DNA from: an uncultured Methanomassiliicoccales archaeon
GTDB taxonomy: Archaea; Thermoplasmatota; Thermoplasmata; Methanomassiliicoccales; UBA472
Direction: 5' to 3'
Assembly (NCBI GenBank): GCA_963695345.1
Contig: OY968769.1
Location: 1,504,001-1,568,000, forward strand
Length of the DNA stretch: 64,000 nt
Shown: piece after piece, positions 57,678 to 64,000 of the stretch
How positions within the stretch are numbered: position 1 is the first letter of the stretch
Layout of the letters: each line of letters starts with the position of its first letter
Position numbers and translations under genes: made by a program
The notes under the pieces: model-generated
The model's input: only the letters and a program-made list of their open reading frames with translations
What the model was told of the DNA's origin: nothing
The model's database searches: none

Positions 57678-58025
57678 ATGCTTATCAAGGAGCGCCTCCG
57701 TAAAAACCGTCAAGACCTGGTGAAGACTACGGATAAGTTCGATCAATACATGGAACAGATGAAGGGGTTAGGTCCAGAACAGGTACGGAACCTCATCGAG
57801 GAATACAAGAAGAAATGCATTTGCGCCTCCTGCCCCACCTACAATGAATGCGCGGCCCGCAAAAGGGAGCTTCTATACTGCCTTCTGGGCCGGAGCAAGG
57901 AATGCCAGCTTGACGAGCTGGGCTGTGTGTGCCCGGACTGCCCGGTGACCATTGATCTTAACCTAACCAATACCTATTACTGTACCCGGGGTTCAGAGCG
58001 GGAGATGCGCCGTCCGAAACAATGA
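57678..58025 (+). CDS. Cys-rich DUF2769-like protein
   Basis: CICASCPTY...C...LYC...C...CVCPDCPV...YYC (10 Cys); start uncertain. Confidence 0.75.
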   Translation: MLIKERLRKNRQDLVKTTDKFDQYMEQMKGLGPEQVRNLIEEYKKKCICASCPTYNECAARKRELLYCLLGRSKECQLDELGCVCPDCPVTIDLNLTNTYYCTRGSEREMRRPKQ

Positions 58026-58027
58026 TA

Positions 58028-58327
58028 TCAGTACTTCGTTGTCGGATCATCCAGCCGGCCAAGTTCCCTGCCATCCCCGATCCGCGGATGGTCTGAAACG
58101 CTGAGGCCAGCGTCCGTGGGGTCGTCGTTCGCCTGCGAACCTGTCGGCCCATTGTCCCGGTTCATACCGGATACCATGAGAATGAACCCCACCACACCAA
58201 GGAACACTGAGATCAGGCCGACGGGGACCAGATAGGGGGAATCAGACGAGCTGGAATAGTTCAAACAGAGCGCCATGCCCAGAAATCCGGACACGCTCAA
58301 TGTCAGCCCGCGAACGAAAAGCCCCAA
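58028..58327 (-). CDS. Small hypothetical membrane protein
   Basis: Two TM helices then an acidic tail; GAGGT RBS before TTG. Confidence 0.55.
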   Translation of the reverse strand: MGLFVRGLTLSVSGFLGMALCLNYSSSSDSPYLVPVGLISVFLGVVGFILMVSGMNRDNGPTGSQANDDPTDAGLSVSDHPRIGDGRELGRLDDPTTKY

Positions 58328-58479
58328 GATTTTACCTCATCCTTACTATTCCCGGCAACCTTAAAGTGCCTTCGCATCCGGTTATCAAACGCGAAGAAAC
58401 ATGACTATCATCCAGTTCTTTGCCAGTAATGCTCCGGTTTCTTGTCCAGAACACCGAAATCTATTAGCGATGGAGGGTT

Positions 58480-59916
58480 GTGCCTAGACACAGCATGAGA
58501 ATCTCCGGCTCGATGGCGCAGGGCGATGAAAAGCGGAAGTACATCATACTCGCCATCGTCCTGACCGGGGTGTTCATGTCGGTGCTCGACTCCGTCGTGG
58601 TCAACATCGCACTGCCCAGCATCACCAGCGATTTCCTGGTCAAGATATCCGATTCGCAATGGGTCATCACCATCTACCTGGTGGTGCAGACCAGCCTCCT
58701 GATCTTCTTCGGCCGCATCGCCGAGTACACGGGTAAGGCGAAGATGTTCATCATGGGCTTGGGCCTGTTCACCGTCTCATCACTTCTCTGCGGTGTTTCC
58801 GCCGGTCTGGAACAGCTGATCGTCTTCCGTATCATGCAGGGCATCGGCGCCTCCATGCTTTTCAGCATCGCCGCGGCCATCAATTTTCAGATCTTCTCCC
58901 ACCAGGAGCGTGGCCGGGTCATGGGCTTCCTCGGATCGACAGTGGCCGCGGCCGCCATGGTAGGTCCGGTGCTGGGCGGTTTCATCGTAGGCGCGTTGGG
59001 ATGGCGATACATATTCCTTATCAACGTCCCCATCGGCATCATCGCCTTCATCGCGGCGGTCAGGATGCTGAAGCTGGAGGAGAGGTGCGAGGAGTGCCTG
59101 AAGATAGATTACCCAGGGGCGGCCCTGTGGATCACCTCGGTGGTCACCCTGATGCTGTTCCTCGGACAGGTGGCCAGCGAGGGCGCGGTGACCGCGGTGG
59201 GCGGGACCTATGCGTTGACCTTTGCGGTCATGCTCGCTGGATTCATCCTATGGGAAAAACGCGCCGCCCTCCCGATGCTGGACATAAGCGTGTTCCGGGT
59301 TAAGGGTTTCACCTTTGCCGGGATAAGCATGATGCTGTTCTTCGCATCCTCCATCATGGTCACGGCACTGGGCCCGTTCTATTTCGAAGGTGTCCTGGGA
59401 TACTCGCCGGAACAGGTGGGTCTGCTATTCATGGTCCTGCCGGCCGTGATGGTCTTCGGGGCGCCGATCACCGGCAGGATGTATGACAGAACGCATTCCC
59501 GGTTCTACAGTCCGGCGGGGCACCTGGTCCGGGGCGTCTCCCTCTTCCTGATGGCGTACGCCTTCGTCAGCACGAGCCTCTGGCTGGTTCTGGCGGCGTT
59601 CTTCCTCATGGGCATCGGAAGCGCCTTGTTCCAGAGCCCGAACAACACCGAGGTGATGGTCGCCCTTCCGCGGGAGAAGGCAGGCATAGCCTCCAGCATG
59701 TCGGCCACGCTGAGGAATCTGGGCATGGCTCTGGGGGTTTCTCTGGGGACCATACTGCTCACTCTCCAGATGGGGGCGGTGGGCATGGGCCAGATCGACG
59801 GCGGGGCGGGGGTCTCGGTCCTGGCCAACGCGGTGAGCGTAATCATGGTGGTCAGTGGAATAATTAGCCTGGTCGGGGCGGTCCTATCTCTGAAAGGAAA
59901 CACGGTCCGGCAGTGA
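58480..59916 (+). CDS. MFS transporter, EmrB/QacA (DHA2) type
   Basis: DS-x-VVNIALP-x-I, FRIMQGIGA, GPVLGG, WRYIFLINVPIG, about 14 TM. Confidence 0.92.
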   Translation: MPRHSMRISGSMAQGDEKRKYIILAIVLTGVFMSVLDSVVVNIALPSITSDFLVKISDSQWVITIYLVVQTSLLIFFGRIAEYTGKAKMFIMGLGLFTVSSLLCGVSAGLEQLIVFRIMQGIGASMLFSIAAAINFQIFSHQERGRVMGFLGSTVAAAAMVGPVLGGFIVGALGWRYIFLINVPIGIIAFIAAVRMLKLEERCEECLKIDYPGAALWITSVVTLMLFLGQVASEGAVTAVGGTYALTFAVMLAGFILWEKRAALPMLDISVFRVKGFTFAGISMMLFFASSIMVTALGPFYFEGVLGYSPEQVGLLFMVLPAVMVFGAPITGRMYDRTHSRFYSPAGHLVRGVSLFLMAYAFVSTSLWLVLAAFFLMGIGSALFQSPNNTEVMVALPREKAGIASSMSATLRNLGMALGVSLGTILLTLQMGAVGMGQIDGGAGVSVLANAVSVIMVVSGIISLVGAVLSLKGNTVRQ

Positions 59917-59951
59917 CCGCCGCGCCATGATATCCAGGCGAGCCCTTCAGC

Positions 59952-61337
59952 TCATGGATATTTTTCCTGGGACATGCGCAGCGGGTCGAAGATCTCCTTC
60001 GCTTCCTTCCTGCCGAGCAGCTTCCTCTTCACCGCCAGCTCCGGGATCGAGATCCCGGTCTCCATCGATTCCTTGGCCAGTTCGGCCGCCCTGAGATATC
60101 CGATCCGGTCGCTGAGTAGTGTGGCCAGGATAGGATTCATGGCGATGTACGAGGAGCATTTCTCAGTGTTCGCGGCGATCCCTTCCAGGCACTTCTCTCG
60201 GAAGTCCGGGAGGTAACCGATCAGGAGGTTCAGCGATTCCAGTATGTTGTGCGTCATCACCGGCGTCATGACGTTCAGCTCGAGCTGACCGGCCTGAGCG
60301 GCCATGGCGGTGGCGCTGTCGTTTCCGACCACTTGGAAGCAGACCATATCGAGGCATTCGGCCATTACCGGGTTGACCTTCCCAGGCATCATAGAGGAGC
60401 CCGGTTGGACCGCCGGCATCGACAGCTCGGCCAGCCCGGTGGTCGGACCGGAGTTGAGGAGGCGGAGGTCATTGGCTATGCGTATCAGTTCTAGTGCCAG
60501 CTCCCGCAGCGAGGAGGAGAATGCGAGCATTTGGGAGCGGGACTGAAGCGCCTCGAAGGGGTCTCGCGCGGAGATGAACACGCGGTGGCACATCATCGAG
60601 AGGTTCTCGATCACCAGGTTCCGGTACCCGTTCCCGGTGTTCGCCCCGGTTCCCACCGCCGAACCTCCGATCGGCAGTTCCAACAGATCATCCTCCCGCT
60701 GCCCGATCCTGCCTCTTGACCTGCGCACCGCCGAGGCGTAGGCACGGAACTCGTTCCCCATCCTGATAGGTAGGGCGTCCATGAGATGGGTCCTTCCGGA
60801 CTTGGCCACTCCCATGAGTTCGTTCCCCTTGTTCTCCAAGGAGAAGGCCAACCGGTCCAGCTCCCGCTGCAGCTGGTCCGCCCGGTCAAGGATCGCGATG
60901 TGGGAAGCGGTAGGGAACGTGTCGTTGGTGCTCTGGGACATGTTCACGTGGTCATTGGGGCTGATGGCCTCGTAATCTCCCTTGGAACGGCCGGTGATCT
61001 CCAGGGCGAGATTGCATAGCACTTCGTTCACGTTCATGTTGAAGGAGGTCCCGGCTCCCGCCTGGAAGACATCGACCGGGAACTGGTCCAGGTGCCTTCC
61101 TTCAAGGACCTCGTCGCAGGCGGTCACGATGGCGATGCCGATATCCTCGTCCAGGTCGCCGGTCTCCATGTTCGCCATGGCCGCCGCCTTCTTCACCTTG
61201 ACGTAGGCATGTACCATCTCTACCCTCTCCCTTCTGCCGCTGGCCCGGAAATTGTCCATCGCCCGTTTGGTCTGGACGCCGTAGATCGCATCGTCTGGCA
61301 GCTCCATCTCCCCCAGTGAGTCCTTCTCTTTCCTCAT
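59952..61337 (-). CDS. aspA: Aspartate ammonia-lyase/class II fumarase superfamily, AspA-like
   Basis: GSSMMPGKVNPVMAE signature, QAGAGTS-x-NMN and SQSTND (AspA-type rather than FumC-type QTGSGT/SQSSND). Confidence 0.7.
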   Translation of the reverse strand: MRKEKDSLGEMELPDDAIYGVQTKRAMDNFRASGRRERVEMVHAYVKVKKAAAMANMETGDLDEDIGIAIVTACDEVLEGRHLDQFPVDVFQAGAGTSFNMNVNEVLCNLALEITGRSKGDYEAISPNDHVNMSQSTNDTFPTASHIAILDRADQLQRELDRLAFSLENKGNELMGVAKSGRTHLMDALPIRMGNEFRAYASAVRRSRGRIGQREDDLLELPIGGSAVGTGANTGNGYRNLVIENLSMMCHRVFISARDPFEALQSRSQMLAFSSSLRELALELIRIANDLRLLNSGPTTGLAELSMPAVQPGSSMMPGKVNPVMAECLDMVCFQVVGNDSATAMAAQAGQLELNVMTPVMTHNILESLNLLIGYLPDFREKCLEGIAANTEKCSSYIAMNPILATLLSDRIGYLRAAELAKESMETGISIPELAVKRKLLGRKEAKEIFDPLRMSQEKYP

Positions 61338-62101
61338 GGTCTGTCCTCCGTTCCTTTCCTGTCCTTCATCAGTTCCTGCCTGGCCCTTCCGATCGCGATG
61401 TTCGGAGGCACATCCCTGGGGCAGACCTTATTGCAGTTGGTGTAGAAACGACAGGCCCACCATCCATGCGGTTCGTCTTCCGCCATCAACCTTAGCCGGC
61501 CCTCTCTTTCCCGGGGGTCTATCGCGAAACGGAAGAGCTTCGCCAGTGCCGCCGGTCCGACATAGTCCGGATCGATGGCGTTTACCGGACAGGCACCGTA
61601 GCAGGCCGCGCACATGATGCAATTGGTGTAACGTTCCAGCTCCTTCACCGCATCGGAGCCCATCAACGATTCCCTTTCGCTGGAGCCCTTGGTCAGCAAC
61701 ATCGGCCTGACCTTCCGGTACTTGGCATAGAAGCTCTCCATGTCCACCACCAGGTCCTTGATCACTGGCATGTTCGGGAGGGGCTCTACCAATGCTTCGG
61801 TCACCGGGTCCCAGCCCGCCGTAGCGACGATCGAATCCGAATGGGTCAGTTCCATCGTCTTCTCCCCGATCAAGCCGGCCAGCTGAGTTCTGCAGGCCAA
61901 CCTCGGTATCTTGTTTATCAACATGGCGCAGCTTCCGCACACCGCCCCCCGGCATGAGTAACGGAACGAAAGTGAATCGTCCTGCCGGTCATGTATCTGG
62001 AAGAGGGCGTCAAGAACGGTCATGCCCTTCCTCTCCTCGACCTCATAGACCCGGTACACTGCCTCCTGATTCGGGGCTTTTCGGAAGATCCTAACCAGCA
62101 T
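61334..62101 (-). CDS. sdhB: Succinate dehydrogenase/fumarate reductase iron-sulfur subunit
   Basis: SCRGAVCGSC...AC [2Fe-2S], CIMCAACYGACP [4Fe-4S], C-x5-C-x3-CP [3Fe-4S]. Confidence 0.9.
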   Translation of the reverse strand: MLVRIFRKAPNQEAVYRVYEVEERKGMTVLDALFQIHDRQDDSLSFRYSCRGAVCGSCAMLINKIPRLACRTQLAGLIGEKTMELTHSDSIVATAGWDPVTEALVEPLPNMPVIKDLVVDMESFYAKYRKVRPMLLTKGSSERESLMGSDAVKELERYTNCIMCAACYGACPVNAIDPDYVGPAALAKLFRFAIDPREREGRLRLMAEDEPHGWWACRFYTNCNKVCPRDVPPNIAIGRARQELMKDRKGTEDRP

Positions 62102-63807
62102 CAGTACTCACGCCCCTTGACCTCGAAAGTGCCCAGGCGAACGGGAGAAAGGGAGACCGACAATCCGCTTTCCCTGAACGAGACCATCGAGTGGCTCAGG
62201 AAATGGGCGTCGTCCCGCTTGGGAAAATCGGTCCGGAAATGAGAGCCCCTCGATTCCCAGCGATGAAGCGCGCACAAGCCGACCGATTCGGCGATCATGG
62301 CCATTCCTTCCAGTTCGAAGCGCTCCACCAGCGCCTGGTTGAATGATTTTCCTTTGTCCTCGATCGAGACTGCCTCTATCCTGTTACGAATGTCCCTTAT
62401 CTTGGCCAACCCCTTTTCCATCTGCTCCTTCCGACGGAAGATGCCGAAGCATGTCCACATGGTATCCTTCAGATCTTCCCGCAGACTGAATTGCCGATTT
62501 CCTCCTTCATTGCTGAGGATCGAATCGATCCGCTCCGACTCTTTGGCCATCTCTCCCTGGATCGAGGCGATGTCCGGTCCGGGAACATGCGGTTCGCTTT
62601 TCGACATGGTAACTCCCGCTAGCTTCCCGAAAACGAGTGTCTCCAGCAATGAGTTGCCGCCCAGCCGGTTAGCGCCATGAACGCTAACGCAGGCGCATTC
62701 CCCGGCGGCATATAATCCTGCCAGGCCGGTGGAGCCATCGTTCGCCACGTCCACACCTCCCATCGAGTAGTGCTGTCCCGGCTGGACCGGTATCGGTGCC
62801 GTCACCGGGTCGACCCCGGCGAAGTCCATCGATATCCGACGGATGCCCGGCAGCCTGGCTGCGATTTTTTCCTCTCCCAGCTGGGTGAGGTCCAGGTCCA
62901 CGAAACCGCCCTCCCGTCCGCGTCCCTCATCGATCTCCGTCTGGATGGCCCGAGCTACGATATCCCTTGGGGCCAGCTCCATGGCCTTCGCCGCGTATCT
63001 GGCCATGAACCTTTCGCCGGATGCGTTCATCAGGGTGCCGCCCTCTCCCCTTGCCCCCTCAGTTATCAGTATGTTGCTCCCGAACAGCGTGGTCGGATGG
63101 AACTGGACGAACTCCATGTCCTTCAACGGTAACCCTGCCCGCAGAGCCATTGCCGCCCCGTCCCCGGTGTTGATATGGGCGTTCGTGGAATGCGTGTAGA
63201 TCCTTCCGTATCCTCCGGTGGCCAGGAGAAGCGACCTCGATGTAAATGCCTCGATCTCCCCGCTGGCGATGTTCAAAGCCACGCAACCAACGCACTTGCC
63301 TTGAGCCCTGACCAGCCGGGTGACGAAGAACTCGTCATAGAATCCGATCTTCCTGGAAACGCACTGCTCATACAGGGTATGGAGGAGGTTATGACCGGTC
63401 CGATCGGCGGCGTAGCAGGTACGGGGAAACCCGGCCCCTCCGAACGGGCGTTGGGCGATCCGCCCCTCCTCGTTCCGGGAGAACACAGTACCAAGGTGCT
63501 CCATTTCGATGACCGCTTCTGGTGCTTCCCGGCATAAGATCGCCACAGCATCCTGGTCAGCCAGATAGTCCGCCCCCTTGACCGTGTCCAGTGAATGTGC
63601 CTCCCAGCTGTCCTTCCCTTTGGACAGGTTGTTGCTGAGCGCCGCGTTGATGCCGCCCTGGGCGGCCACGGAATGGGACCGGAGCGGATGGACCTTGGAT
63701 ATGACCGCAACGTCCTTGCTATGGTCGGCAGCGGATATGGCGGCCATGAGGCCGGTCAGGCCGCCCCCGACTATCACGACATCATGCTTGTGGATCAGAT
63801 CCGACAT
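62101..63807 (-). CDS. sdhA: Succinate dehydrogenase/fumarate reductase flavoprotein subunit
   Basis: [16 protein letters not shown] (covalent FAD His), [30 protein letters not shown]; ORF open to 63837. Confidence 0.93.
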   Translation of the reverse strand: MSDLIHKHDVVIVGGGLTGLMAAISAADHSKDVAVISKVHPLRSHSVAAQGGINAALSNNLSKGKDSWEAHSLDTVKGADYLADQDAVAILCREAPEAVIEMEHLGTVFSRNEEGRIAQRPFGGAGFPRTCYAADRTGHNLLHTLYEQCVSRKIGFYDEFFVTRLVRAQGKCVGCVALNIASGEIEAFTSRSLLLATGGYGRIYTHSTNAHINTGDGAAMALRAGLPLKDMEFVQFHPTTLFGSNILITEGARGEGGTLMNASGERFMARYAAKAMELAPRDIVARAIQTEIDEGRGREGGFVDLDLTQLGEEKIAARLPGIRRISMDFAGVDPVTAPIPVQPGQHYSMGGVDVANDGSTGLAGLYAAGECACVSVHGANRLGGNSLLETLVFGKLAGVTMSKSEPHVPGPDIASIQGEMAKESERIDSILSNEGGNRQFSLREDLKDTMWTCFGIFRRKEQMEKGLAKIRDIRNRIEAVSIEDKGKSFNQALVERFELEGMAMIAESVGLCALHRWESRGSHFRTDFPKRDDAHFLSHSMVSFRESGLSVSLSPVRLGTFEVKGREY

Positions 63808-64000
63808 AGGAATGACCTGCGGCTCCTTCTGTTCCAATGGTCTCCCTGGTTGTATAATCCTTTGCTATGGCCGCCGTGATCAGGAATAGATTATGTTGGA
63901 CCTCAAGGCCACATATAGAGAAGTCGAAGGTTCCAATGGACCCTATAGGGTCCGGATCTGGAACATTGCATGATTCATCTCCAAGATAGTTGGCTAGGCA

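Noticed and set aside
1-64000. CRISPR array, rRNA, IS elements, prophage
   Set aside because: No periodic repeats, rRNA-like segments, transposase or viral hallmark genes seen

Overview
Archaeal chromosomal window, most consistent with a Methanomassiliicoccales (Thermoplasmatota) methanogen. This is inferred from the aIF-1A/RIO1/KH/Pus10/L21e block, GGTGA/GGAGG ribosome-binding sites, TATA boxes, a BHB-intron tRNA-Glu and the hgcAB context. Content: a conserved translation/ribosome-biogenesis block (1-3 kb), tRNA-Glu(UUC) with a 26-nt intron, then a patchy accessory region of hydrolases, transporters and hypothetical genes. It also carries tdh-kbl, a frameshifted hcp, a complete mercury-methylation operon (AbrB-type gene, hgcA, hgcB), proAB and ilvE. 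Further along are a duplicated aryl-acid uptake/activation module (2x phenylacetate-CoA ligase, ACT protein, 2x small accessory protein + sodium:solute symporter), fpg, trkAH, antiporters and an anchor-less sdhA/sdhB/aspA-like operon. Best novelty candidates: (1) a two-gene cassette at 8.0-9.4 kb encoding an NHLP-leader-like precursor plus a class I isoprenoid-synthase-fold enzyme, a putative archaeal prenylated RiPP; (2) a perfect 20-bp palindrome plus a degenerate copy upstream of the hgc operon; (3) a 17-bp motif shared by four promoters of the aryl-acid module; (4) a kinase operon bracketed by two paralogous small proteins, one missing from the ORF track. No CRISPR array, rRNA, transposase or integrase was seen. 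All family assignments are from motif recognition by eye; no database searches were run.
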